64,000 nt of DNA from Planctomycetota bacterium (GTDB lineage Bacteria > Planctomycetota > SZUA-567 > H5-PLA8): the NCBI GenBank assembly GCA_038227875.1, contig JBBRPR010000015.1, forward strand, positions 95,675 to 159,674, written 5' to 3'. The notes beneath the pieces are model-generated. The model had not been told where the DNA came from. It searched no databases and was given only the letters and a program-made list of their open reading frames with translations. Both the position numbers and the translations under genes were made by a program. The stretch's first letter is position 1, and every line of letters starts with the position of its first letter. Below, piece after piece: positions 36,347 through 45,112 of the stretch.

Positions 36347-37362
36347 CGACTGCCACACGGGCCGGGCCGCTGGAAAATGCGGCGGCCAAAACCGCGCCGT
36401 TGCTCGACGTCAATAATCTCACCAAGCACTTTCCGATTCGGCGCGGGCTGCTCGGCAGCGTGGCGGGATATGTTCAGGCCGTCACGAATGTCTCTTTCAG
36501 CATCGGCGTGGCGCAGACGCTCGGCCTGGTCGGCGAGTCGGGATGCGGCAAGACCACGGTGGGCCGCTCGCTGTTGCGGCTGATCGAACCCAGCGGCGGA
36601 TCGCTGCACTTTAACGGGCAGGATCTGATGGCGCTGAGCCAGAAGGAACTGCGCCCATTCCGCAAGCAGATGCAGATCATCTTTCAGGATCCGTATTCCA
36701 GCCTGAATCCGCGCATGACCGTCGAACAGATCATCGCCGAAGGCCTGGTCGTTCACGAGATGGCCAGCAGCGCCGCCGAACGCCGCCAGATCGTCCTCGA
36801 ATTGCTCCGCCGCGTCGGCCTTCCGCCGCAGGCCATCGAACGCTACCCGCACGAGTTTTCTGGCGGTCAGCGCCAGCGCATCGGCATCGCGCGCGCTCTG
36901 GCGGTGAAGCCGAAGTTCATCGTCTGCGACGAAGCGGTGAGCGCGCTCGACGTCTCCGTCCAGGCGCAGATCATTAATCTGTTGATGGAACTGCAGGCCG
37001 AGCAGCAGATCAGTTACCTGTTCATCGCGCACGATCTTTCGGTCGTCGAGCACATCAGCCAGCGCGTTGCCGTGATGTATCTCGGCCATGTCGTGGAAAT
37101 CGCCGACACGAAAGATCTCTACGCCGACCCGCGCCATCCCTACACGCGGGCCCTGCTTTCAGCCGTGCCCAAACGCACTCCGGAAGAAGCGAAGAACCGC
37201 CAGATTCTCGGCGGCGAGCCGCCCAGCCCGATCAATCCGCCACCCGGCTGTCCATTCGCGCCGCGCTGTCCGCTGGTGCAGCCCAGCTGCAGTGAAGCGC
37301 TCCCGCAGCTTGAACAGATGGGGGCGCCGGGACATTGGGTCCGCTGTCCGTTGGTGAAGTAA
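36343..37362 (+). CDS. Oligopeptide/dipeptide ABC transporter ATP-binding protein (OppF/DppF-like)
   Basis: GESGCGKT, FQDPYSSLNPR, FSGGQRQR, CDEAVSALD, HPYT, CPFAPRC. Confidence 0.92.
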   Translation: MTTATRAGPLENAAAKTAPLLDVNNLTKHFPIRRGLLGSVAGYVQAVTNVSFSIGVAQTLGLVGESGCGKTTVGRSLLRLIEPSGGSLHFNGQDLMALSQKELRPFRKQMQIIFQDPYSSLNPRMTVEQIIAEGLVVHEMASSAAERRQIVLELLRRVGLPPQAIERYPHEFSGGQRQRIGIARALAVKPKFIVCDEAVSALDVSVQAQIINLLMELQAEQQISYLFIAHDLSVVEHISQRVAVMYLGHVVEIADTKDLYADPRHPYTRALLSAVPKRTPEEAKNRQILGGEPPSPINPPPGCPFAPRCPLVQPSCSEALPQLEQMGAPGHWVRCPLVK

Positions 37363-37463
37363 AAAGCTTTGGGTTTTTAGCTTTGAATCAGCAACTGCCG
37401 CTTCGCGACAATCGCGACTCAAAACTAAAAACCCATATCTGAATAAGTATTGGGGCGCAACAC

Positions 37464-37733
37464 TTAGCGCTTGTTAATTTCGACGGGCCCCAGCTTCACA
37501 ATCGGATCGTCGCGGCCTTCCACTCTCACTTCCTTCGTGGTCGAGGAATTTCTGTCGCCGCCCGAGTTCGAAACCGTCTCGGTCTTGGTTTCGATCTTGG
37601 TCTTTTCATTGCCGTTGTCGTCGATCTTCGTTTCTTTCTTAACTGTCGTGTGCGTCGTCGTATCGCCGCAACCCGTGAGAAGCGTGCTGCCGGCAAGCGC
37701 TGCGATGAAAAAGAGCGGAGTCAAAGTTTTCAT
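37464..37733 (-). CDS. Small hypothetical lipoprotein
   Basis: MKTL..LLTGC lipobox, AGGA RBS, Thr/Lys-rich mature part. Confidence 0.7.
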   Translation of the reverse strand: MKTLTPLFFIAALAGSTLLTGCGDTTTHTTVKKETKIDDNGNEKTKIETKTETVSNSGGDRNSSTTKEVRVEGRDDPIVKLGPVEINKR

Positions 37734-37821
37734 TGGAATTCCTGCTTTCGAAGAGGAGTCACGATTAAACGTCTCCGCGAAGCGCCTGGACATCCAGGCG
37801 CTTCGCGGCTTTGCCAAACGG

Positions 37822-37983
37822 CTAGTCGATCTTGCGGCCGGTGACCAGGCTGACGAGGAAGAGAATAATGAAAATGACGAACAGCGTGTGCGCGATGTAC
37901 GCCGACGTACCCGCAATCCCGCTGAAGCCCAGCACACCTGCGACGATAGCAACGACGAGAAAGGTCAGAGTCCAGTGCAACAT
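37822..37983 (-). CDS. DUF1328 (YtjA-like) small membrane protein, 53 aa
   Basis: Translated by hand: [62 protein letters not shown]; below the ORF-track length cutoff. Confidence 0.88.
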   Translation of the reverse strand: MLHWTLTFLVVAIVAGVLGFSGIAGTSAYIAHTLFVIFIILFLVSLVTGRKID

Positions 37984-38261
37984 GATTTGATCTCCTTAAA
38001 GATGTTTGAGCGCCGTCCGGGCGCAAAAGAGATAAATGCAAGTGTCAGGCCACTGGCGATTTGAAGAGGTCCCTATGATATATGCGATAGACGTGTACAG
38101 ATGCGGTTGAATCCCGGTCGTAAGGTCCCGAAAATCGGTCGAACTTTCCGTAAAGCGGTTGGCGAAGCGCCGCACGCCGGTGAACTGTCTTGCGAAGGAC
38201 GCCAAGAGGTGGTAAACGCTATGGATTCTATGGGATAATGCGGAGGTCGCGCGTGGCGGGA

Positions 38262-40265
38262 ATGTCCGGTGAGTTGGTCGTGATTTCGGGGCGCTACAAG
38301 GGCCACCGTATTCCGCTGAACAAGGACACGCTCCGCATCGGCCGCGACCGCGTCTGCGAGATCGCGCTCGACGACGAAGCCGCCAGCCGCGTCCACTCCG
38401 AAATCGTCCGCGAACGCGATGGCTTTCTCCTCCGCGACCTGCGCAGCACCAACGGCACCTTCCTCAACGGCGCGCGCGTCACCGAAGCCCGCCTGCAGAA
38501 CGGCGATCGCGTCGGCGTTGGCGACACGGTCATGCTCGCGCAACTGGAAGAAGACACGTCCAGCAAGACGCTGCCGCAGATCGTCTTCTCCAAGGATCAA
38601 AAGGGGACCAGCGCACGCTTCAAGCTGAGCCTCAACGACACGCGCTTCCTGGAATTGAAGGAAGGCACGACGATCCCCGACGCGCAGCGTCACTTCACCA
38701 AGCTCTACGAATTCATGGTCGACGTCGCCGTCATCCTCCATCTGCCGGCCTTGCTGGAACGCGCGCTGATGCATTTCTTCGGTGCGTTCACCGCCGACCG
38801 CGCGCTGGTGCTGCTGCTGACGCCCGACGGCCAGCCCGGTGTCAAAGTCGCCAAGCTGCGCGAAGGCGTGACCGGCAGCGACAACATCTCCATCTCGCGC
38901 ACGATGGCGCACCAGCTTCTGGAACAGAAGGAAAGCTTCCTCTCGATCGACGCGGCCAGCGACGAGCGCCTCGCCGCCTCCGTGTCGCTTCACCAGATGC
39001 GCGTCTTCTCGATCATCGGCGCGCCCTTGAAGGTGAAAGACAAAGTAATCGGCATGGTCTATCTCGACACCATCGCCGGCGGGCAGCCGTTCTCCGAAAT
39101 GGACCTGAAGCTCTGCACCGCCATGGCGCTGCAGCTGGCCATCTGCATCGAAAACACGCGCCTCTACACCGAACTGCTCGACGCCGCCGAATTCAACAAC
39201 TCGGTGCTGCGTTCGCTGGCCTCCGGCGTCATCGTCGTCGACGTCACCGGCCGGGTCCTGCGCATCAACCAGGCCACGCTCACCATTCTGGAGAAGGAAG
39301 AATCGCAGCTCGTCGGCCACACGCTGAGCGACGATGCGGATCTCGCCGAACTCCACCGCGTCATCCAGGCGACGCTGAGCACCGGGCACGCTGAAGACCG
39401 TTACGAAGTGCTGGTGCGCGCCTCCAGCAAGACCATTCCGCTGGGATTGTCGACCTCGGTGCTCGCCGATCACACCGGCAAGACCATCGGCGTCGTCGCC
39501 AACTTCCGCAACCTCGCCGGCATCCGCAAGCTCGAAGAGCAGGTCCGCCGCTCGCAGCATCTCGCCGCGCTGGGCCAGATGGCGGCCGGCGTAGCGCACG
39601 AAATCCGCAACCCGCTCAATTCGATCCGCGGCTTCGCGCAGCTGGTTCAGGAAGGCGCCGCCGCCGATCCCAAGCAGGCCGAGTACACACAGATTATTCT
39701 TGAAGAAGTCGACCGCATGAACCGCATCGTCCAGGACCTGCTGGACTTCTCGCGCCAGCGCGACCTGACTCTCGTGCCGCTCTCGCTGCCCAAGCTCGTC
39801 AGCGATCTGGTCCGCGACATGCAGTCCGACGCGCAGGACCTGAAGGTGGGGCTCCTCGCGATCGAAGACGAACGCGTGCTGCCCAATGTCTTCGGCAACG
39901 GCGATAAGCTGCGCCAGGTCTTCCGCAACATCATTCTCAACGCCATGCAGGCGTGCAAGGCCGGCGGCAAGGTCACGATCACCTTCGGCCTGACCGAAGC
40001 GCCCGCCGAGCCGCCGAAGACGCCGGAAGCCGAAGCCCGCGCAACGCGCCGCGAAGTCACGGCCTCGATTGAAGACACCGGCTGCGGCATCGACCTGGCC
40101 GTGATCTCAAAGATCTTCGACCCCTTCTTCACGCAGAAAGACAGCGGCACCGGCCTGGGCCTCTCGATCTCGCAGAAGATCATCGAACAGCACGGCGGCC
40201 GCATCGACGTGCGCAGCGAGTTGAACAAAGGATCGACGTTCACCGTCTATCTGCCCGCCGTGTAG
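38262..40265 (+). CDS. Cytoplasmic sensor histidine kinase with FHA-GAF-PAS domains
   Basis: FHA (IGRD..SRVH..DLRSTNGTFLNG), GAF, PAS, AHEIRNPL, DTGCGI, GTGLGL. Confidence 0.9.
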   Translation: MSGELVVISGRYKGHRIPLNKDTLRIGRDRVCEIALDDEAASRVHSEIVRERDGFLLRDLRSTNGTFLNGARVTEARLQNGDRVGVGDTVMLAQLEEDTSSKTLPQIVFSKDQKGTSARFKLSLNDTRFLELKEGTTIPDAQRHFTKLYEFMVDVAVILHLPALLERALMHFFGAFTADRALVLLLTPDGQPGVKVAKLREGVTGSDNISISRTMAHQLLEQKESFLSIDAASDERLAASVSLHQMRVFSIIGAPLKVKDKVIGMVYLDTIAGGQPFSEMDLKLCTAMALQLAICIENTRLYTELLDAAEFNNSVLRSLASGVIVVDVTGRVLRINQATLTILEKEESQLVGHTLSDDADLAELHRVIQATLSTGHAEDRYEVLVRASSKTIPLGLSTSVLADHTGKTIGVVANFRNLAGIRKLEEQVRRSQHLAALGQMAAGVAHEIRNPLNSIRGFAQLVQEGAAADPKQAEYTQIILEEVDRMNRIVQDLLDFSRQRDLTLVPLSLPKLVSDLVRDMQSDAQDLKVGLLAIEDERVLPNVFGNGDKLRQVFRNIILNAMQACKAGGKVTITFGLTEAPAEPPKTPEAEARATRREVTASIEDTGCGIDLAVISKIFDPFFTQKDSGTGLGLSISQKIIEQHGGRIDVRSELNKGSTFTVYLPAV

Positions 40266-40295
40266 CGAATGTCGAAAATTGAACGTCGACTGTCG

Positions 40296-40333
40296 AATGA
40301 AACGCGCCGCTGAAAGCGGCGCGTTTCATTTTT
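40296..40333 (+). terminator. Intrinsic terminator
   Basis: AATGAAACGCGCCGCT-GAA-AGCGGCGCGTTTCATT followed by TTT. Confidence 0.8.
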
Positions 40334-40520
40334 GAAGGGTGGCCTGGCCCCTCGGGCCGGGTTGCGTTCGCAACAAGAAGCTCCAGGACGGACTTGCCCA
40401 TCTCAAGAACACGGGACTTCGAAGCGCTCTCGGACAGTCGTTGCCACTCCCTGAATTCAATTTCTGTCCTGGAGCTTCTTGTCGCCAAGCGACCCGGCCC
40501 GAGGGGCCGAGCCACCCTTC
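40334..40520. repeat. 187-bp element with about 58-bp imperfect terminal inverted repeats (REPIN/MITE-like)
   Basis: GAAGGGTGGCCTGGCCCCTCGGGCCGGGTTGCGTTCGCAACAAGAAGCTCCAGGACGGA versus the reverse complement of 40463-40520. Confidence 0.8.
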
Positions 40521-40723
40521 GTCCCACTCGTGAGTAGCACATTCTTTCGTATTCGTCACACGCTGAGCGAAATCTGTTTCCCGAACTTCGCCGACACGAG
40601 TCGAGCATTTTTTAAATTTTCCCGGGACTAAATCAGACGCAGTTGCGGTCGGATAGCTGGAAGCAGTTGATGGCAACCCCAGCCGCGCGATGACGCGCAA
40701 AACTTTTAAAGGAGGTCGCAGAC

Positions 40724-40963
40724 ATGAAAACTCTGCTGAACGTGACGTGGATTGCATGCATGGTCATAAGCCTGAGCGCCGGGGCTTGTGATACCGGTTC
40801 CAGCCCCGCGCCGAAGAATTCCGAAGTGAAGAGTACCGAAAAGGAAGCGACGACGGATTCGCGCCCATCCACCGCGAAGGATCAGCCGAAGCAGGAGACG
40901 CGATACAAGTCGACGGATCGTGGCTACTGGTCGGATCGGCAAGCCGCGATGGGCTATGATTAA
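40724..40963 (+). CDS. Small hypothetical lipoprotein
   Basis: Strong AAGGAGG RBS, signal peptide with SAGAC lipobox. Confidence 0.65.
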   Translation: MKTLLNVTWIACMVISLSAGACDTGSSPAPKNSEVKSTEKEATTDSRPSTAKDQPKQETRYKSTDRGYWSDRQAAMGYD

Positions 40964-41001
40964 GGGAAGCAAGATCGCGTGCGAGGGGCACGCGGTTTTC
41001 G

Positions 41002-41050
41002 CATTCCCATTCCCCATTCCCCATTCCCCATTCTCCATTCGCCATTCCAT
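41002..41050. repeat. Heptamer tandem repeat (CCATTCC), about 7 units
   Basis: cattcccattccccattccccattccccattctccattcgccattccat directly after the imuB stop. Confidence 0.85.
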
Positions 41051-42663
41051 CACTCGAACACCCCGTGCACAAACCACTGCTCGCTTTCGCGGCTCTGAAA
41101 AATCCAGTACTGAGCCTGGCGTGGTGAGGCAGCGAGATAGTAGTCGCGAGCGATGCCGCCGCGCCACCACCCGGTTTCGATCCGCTCCGGGCCGCTGAAC
41201 GCCGCGATGGGAATGCGTTCGCCTTTCCATTCAAAGCTCTGCGGCGCGGTGTGCTCGTCAGGCCACTCGACGTGAATCGCCGCCGGTTCGGGCAGCAGGT
41301 TGAGCGGCCGGGCGGAGAACTCCGCGCGGGGCGGCCGCGGCTCGGCCTCCTGCGGCGCGCGGTCCTGTTCGCAATCGGCCAGCGCGTAGGCATGCTCCGG
41401 CTGCGCGTCGTCGGCGGGACTGACGCGGAAGACCGAATCGCGGCCGCAGTGCGTGCGGATGCGATCGAGCGTCAGGGCCAGGCCGCTGGGCGCACCGCGG
41501 GGTTTGGAGAAGAGAGCCAGTTGCTCGGCGTTCAGCAGTTCGCTCGACGTCACCCAGACGGAGAGCGCACAGAAGCCGGCGTCGACGTCGATCGTTTTTG
41601 AAAACGCGCCCCCGCTGCCGGTCTGCTTCCCACGCTCCGAGGTGAAGCTCAGATCCTCCAGGCGCGTGCGGACCAGTTGGAGCAGATGTTTTTTCGACGC
41701 GCTGCTGCGGAAGAGATGCACTTCCAGCAGCACCGGTTCGGCCGCTTCGCGGTAGAGCCAGCAGTCGAGCGACCGCGCGCCCCGGCAGCGGCGGTGGAGT
41801 TCCCGGACGACGACGGCCAGGCGCCGCTCCAGCGAATGGAGCAGCAGTTCGCGGTCGGTGATGGGATACTCGAACGACTGCGCCGAATAGACTTCCGGCG
41901 GCGGCCGCAGCCACGGCTGGGTTTCCGGCGCGAGTCCCAGCGCCTGATCGAGCCGCTCGAGCAGTTCTGGACCGAAACGACTGGGCAGTGCGGCGCGCGG
42001 TTGCTTCAGCACATCGCCGATGGTCTGCAGCCCCAGTTTCCCCAGCCACGCGATCGCCGCCGGCGGCAGCCTCAATGCCGAAAGCGCCAACGGTGCCAGC
42101 GCCTCGGCCAGCGCGGAATCGGGAGCTTGCGGCACGACCGTGCGGTGCGGGCCGTAATGCGCCAGCGCCCACGCGGCACCCAGCGTCGGGGCGATCGCGG
42201 CGCGCGCGCGGAGCTGTTGTTGCGCCAGGCTTTTGAGCGCCAGGCTCAGCAGATTCTCTTCGCCGTTGAAAACCTGCTGGCAGCCGGTGATCTCCAGCAG
42301 CAGCGACTGCGGATGTTCGCCGACGCCCGGGCCGCACTGCTCCAGGCCCGTCCACGGCGAGAATCGCCCGGCCCACGCCGCGAGTTTCTCCAACGCGGAA
42401 CGGTCCCGCGCGCGATCGATTTCAGTGACCAGCAGCGGCGGTGCCAGCGCCGTGGCTTCGGAAACGCCCATGCCGCGCAACACGCCCAGCGCACTGGCCT
42501 CAAGCGAACACGCCACCAGCCGCGGACCGTGCGCGCCGCGTTCGTGAACCGCCGCGGGTTTGCCGCGCAGTTCTGGCTCCGTGCGCAAGAGCCGTTGCAT
42601 CGGCCAGCGCGGAAAGTAGAGGCACAAAAAGCGCCGGCAGGAAGGCTGCGACAGCTCGCTCAT
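41050..42663 (-). CDS. imuB: ImuB, catalytically inactive Y-family polymerase
   Basis: LCLYFPRWP, RFSP, LLLEITG, RFGPELLERLDQALG, GPERIETGWW..ARDYY, WFVHGVFE. Confidence 0.9.
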   Translation of the reverse strand: MSELSQPSCRRFLCLYFPRWPMQRLLRTEPELRGKPAAVHERGAHGPRLVACSLEASALGVLRGMGVSEATALAPPLLVTEIDRARDRSALEKLAAWAGRFSPWTGLEQCGPGVGEHPQSLLLEITGCQQVFNGEENLLSLALKSLAQQQLRARAAIAPTLGAAWALAHYGPHRTVVPQAPDSALAEALAPLALSALRLPPAAIAWLGKLGLQTIGDVLKQPRAALPSRFGPELLERLDQALGLAPETQPWLRPPPEVYSAQSFEYPITDRELLLHSLERRLAVVVRELHRRCRGARSLDCWLYREAAEPVLLEVHLFRSSASKKHLLQLVRTRLEDLSFTSERGKQTGSGGAFSKTIDVDAGFCALSVWVTSSELLNAEQLALFSKPRGAPSGLALTLDRIRTHCGRDSVFRVSPADDAQPEHAYALADCEQDRAPQEAEPRPPRAEFSARPLNLLPEPAAIHVEWPDEHTAPQSFEWKGERIPIAAFSGPERIETGWWRGGIARDYYLAASPRQAQYWIFQSRESEQWFVHGVFE

Positions 42664-42669
42664 GACGCA

Positions 42670-43398
42670 TCACGATCCGGCCAGCGCAACAGCCGCCACG
42701 GAAACGTCGGAAACGCCGCAGACAGTGGGAAGCGGAAGCTGCAGTGGAGCAGGGGAGGGCCGCGCCTTGGTCATGCCGCCGCGCACATGCAGCACGTTCA
42801 GCCCGATCGTTCGGCGCGTGCCGATCGAGACGGTCAGCGCGCAAGGTTGCCCGGGTTCCATCACGCGCAACCGCAGCGCCGCCCAGCACGGCTTGCGCAC
42901 GGCGTCGGTCGGGCGGACGAGAAAACCCTGCCCGCCGCCGCGTTCCACCGCGAGTTGGAAGCGGCGGTAGACCATGTTGTCGCCGCTGCGCGTGGCCAGA
43001 AAACTCGCCCCGATTTCCGCGCAGCGCAGCACCTGCGTGAAACACCAGCCAGTCTGCTGCAGCGTCGGGCGGAGCAGGATAAGTCGGCTGAGATCCAGCC
43101 CCAGCGCCATCGCCGCGGGCGGATAGAAGGTGCGATGCGGATCGACCACCGCCCACGCGTTGCCCCGTTCGATGGCGCTCCTGGCGAGCGTCAGCAGCAG
43201 GGTCAGCGCGCCGGCGCCGTCCTCCGCGAGCACCTCCGTCAGCGCTCCCAAGGGCAGTCCGCCGCCGGGAAGAATTTCATCCAACTCCTTGATTTGACTG
43301 GGAATGCAGGCGCGTTGAACGGCCGCAATCCCCTGCCGTTCCAGCCCCTTAATCTGTCCGGCCAGCGTCTCGATCAGCGCGCGTTTGTCGGCATCCAT
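42670..43398 (-). CDS. imuA: ImuA, RecA/SulA-like accessory protein
   Basis: LDEILPGGGLPLGALTEV, FYPPA, RRFQLAVERG; directly upstream of imuB. Confidence 0.88.
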   Translation of the reverse strand: MDADKRALIETLAGQIKGLERQGIAAVQRACIPSQIKELDEILPGGGLPLGALTEVLAEDGAGALTLLLTLARSAIERGNAWAVVDPHRTFYPPAAMALGLDLSRLILLRPTLQQTGWCFTQVLRCAEIGASFLATRSGDNMVYRRFQLAVERGGGQGFLVRPTDAVRKPCWAALRLRVMEPGQPCALTVSIGTRRTIGLNVLHVRGGMTKARPSPAPLQLPLPTVCGVSDVSVAAVALAGS

Positions 43399-43418
43399 GG
43401 CAGATCCCCATCACCTAA

Positions 43419-43435
43419 ATTATACCAAATATGGT
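43419..43435 (-). promoter_or_regulatory. Extended -10 promoter of imuAB overlapped by a palindrome (candidate operator)
   Basis: Minus strand TG-G-TATAAT (43427-43419); ACCA-AATA-TGGT at 43424-43435. Confidence 0.55.
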
Positions 43436-43471
43436 GGGATGCAAGCAGGACTTAATAAAAACCTAAAGTGT

Positions 43472-43687
43472 AAATTCAAAATTCAAAAAAAATTCAAAAA
43501 CGCACGCTCTGGGAAATGGTTTGGGCTGAGTTCCTTGTTTCCCTCGGGAACGAATTCGTTCCCTGGTTAATTTCCAGCATATGGACAGCTGTCCATATGC
43601 TAACCGACCTTGTCGTAAATTTACGACGAGGTCCGCCGCTCATCCATGGCACATCATTTCCCGCGTGTGTTTTTGAATTTTGAATTG
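43472..43687. repeat. Array 2 of 18-bp variable palindromes enclosed by long inverted repeats
   Basis: Cores 43546-43563, 43580-43597, 43611-43628; outer IR aaattcaaaaacgcacgc..gggaaatg / catttccc.gcgtgtgtttttgaattt. Confidence 0.85.
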
Positions 43688-43727
43688 GCCGTTTGACTTT
43701 TCGCTCGCTTCGCCGCTTACTCAACGC

Positions 43728-44270
43728 ATGGCTGGGACACTGACGTTGATTCTCGGTGGCGTGCGCAGCGGCAAAAGTTCTCATGCGGAGAAACTGGCGG
43801 CGGCGCATGGCGGGCAGGTGCTGTACGTCGCCACCGGCGAGCCGCACGATGAAGAGATGGCCGAGCGGATTCGCAACCACCGCGCGCAACGACCGGCGGA
43901 GTGGACAACGCTGGAAGCGCCAACGCGCACCGGCAACGCCATCGCCGCCTTCAAGCCCGAACCAGCCGTGATTCTGCTCGATTGCATGACCCTGCTGGCC
44001 GGCAACGCGATGGCCGTGCTCAGCGAGCCGTACTCCTCCAACACGGCCGAAAATCTCGTCCAGATGGAGGTCACCCGTCTGCTGGACGCACAGCGCGCGA
44101 GTTCCGCCGACTGGCTGATCGTCAGCAACGAAGTCGGCCTCGGCGTCGTGCCGCCCTATCCGCTCGGCCGCGTCTATCGCGACGCACTCGGACGCGCCAA
44201 CCAAAGCCTCGCCGCCGCCGCCGACACCGTGCTCTTCATGATCGCGGGTATTCCGATGAAGGTTAAATAG
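43728..44270 (+). CDS. cobU: Bifunctional adenosylcobinamide kinase / cobinamide-phosphate guanylyltransferase
   Basis: LILGGVRSGKSSHAE, YVATG..DEEMAERI..H..RP..W.TLE, VSNEVGLGVVP, RD.LG.ANQ. Confidence 0.93.
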   Translation: MAGTLTLILGGVRSGKSSHAEKLAAAHGGQVLYVATGEPHDEEMAERIRNHRAQRPAEWTTLEAPTRTGNAIAAFKPEPAVILLDCMTLLAGNAMAVLSEPYSSNTAENLVQMEVTRLLDAQRASSADWLIVSNEVGLGVVPPYPLGRVYRDALGRANQSLAAAADTVLFMIAGIPMKVK

Positions 44271-44299
44271 CAGCACAAGCAAAAGCGTTCGAGCTGGGT

Positions 44300-45112
44300 A
44301 TGATAGCCGCAATGCAGCCTCAGTTTTTACCTCTGCTCGGAACGCGCATTGCTTCGGTCACCTACGCCGAAGCGGTGGAACAGATCGTCGAACGCGCCGC
44401 GCCGGGGAAAGCGCACGCGTATGTCTGCGTGGCGAACGTGCATAGTGTCTCAATGGCACGGCGCTCGACCGATTTTCGCGCGGTGCTCAACGGTGCGATG
44501 CTGACCGTGCCCGACGGCAAGCCGCTGATCTGGGCGCACCGCATCCTCGGCGGACGGAAACTCACCGAACGCGTGTATGGGCCGACGTTGATGCTGAAAG
44601 TCTGCGAAGTGGCGGCGGAGCGCAAACTCCCCATTTATCTGTACGGCGGCAAACCCGGCGTCGTCGAGCATCTCGCTCAGACCTTGACCACGCGCTACCC
44701 GGGCTTGCCCATCGCTGGCACGTACTCGCCGCCGTTTGGTGATCGCGCCGACGATGATCCATCGCTGCTTCAGGAAATTGATGCGATCAACCGCAGCGGC
44801 TGCCGACTGCTCTTTGTTTCACTCGGCGCGCCGAAACAGGAAATCTTCATGCATCGCCACGTCGCGCGGATTGAGCCGCTGCAGATTGGCGTGGGCGCGG
44901 CGTTCGATTTTCATACCGGCAGCGTGCCGCAGGCGCCGGAATGGATGCAGGACTCCGGGCTCGAGTGGCTCTTCCGCTTCTGCGCCGAACCCCGGCGGCT
45001 CTGGCGGCGCTACCTGTTTTACAATCCGTATTTCATCGCGCGACTGGCGCTGCAGAAGATCGGACTCGACGGCCCCAGCCGCGAGTTGGAAAGGTCTGGT
45101 CTGCAGCGATGA
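44300..45112 (+). CDS. WecB/TagA/CpsF-family glycosyltransferase
   Basis: VPDGKPL, RVYGP, VSLGAPKQE, GVGAAFDF, AP.WMQ..GLEWLFR...EPRRLWRRY. Confidence 0.92.
   Translation: MIAAMQPQFLPLLGTRIASVTYAEAVEQIVERAAPGKAHAYVCVANVHSVSMARRSTDFRAVLNGAMLTVPDGKPLIWAHRILGGRKLTERVYGPTLMLKVCEVAAERKLPIYLYGGKPGVVEHLAQTLTTRYPGLPIAGTYSPPFGDRADDDPSLLQEIDAINRSGCRLLFVSLGAPKQEIFMHRHVARIEPLQIGVGAAFDFHTGSVPQAPEWMQDSGLEWLFRFCAEPRRLWRRYLFYNPYFIARLALQKIGLDGPSRELERSGLQR

Noticed and set aside
41677..43455. 592-aa plus-strand ORF over imuAB, and similar overlapping ORFs elsewhere (38073-39599, 44736-46175, 6478-7740)
   Set aside because: Antisense or alternate-frame shadows of well-supported genes in high-GC DNA.
43500..43727. 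Cobalamin riboswitch upstream of cobU
   Set aside because: GGGAA words are present but no B12-box/GCCACTG-type conserved elements; the region is explained by the palindrome array.
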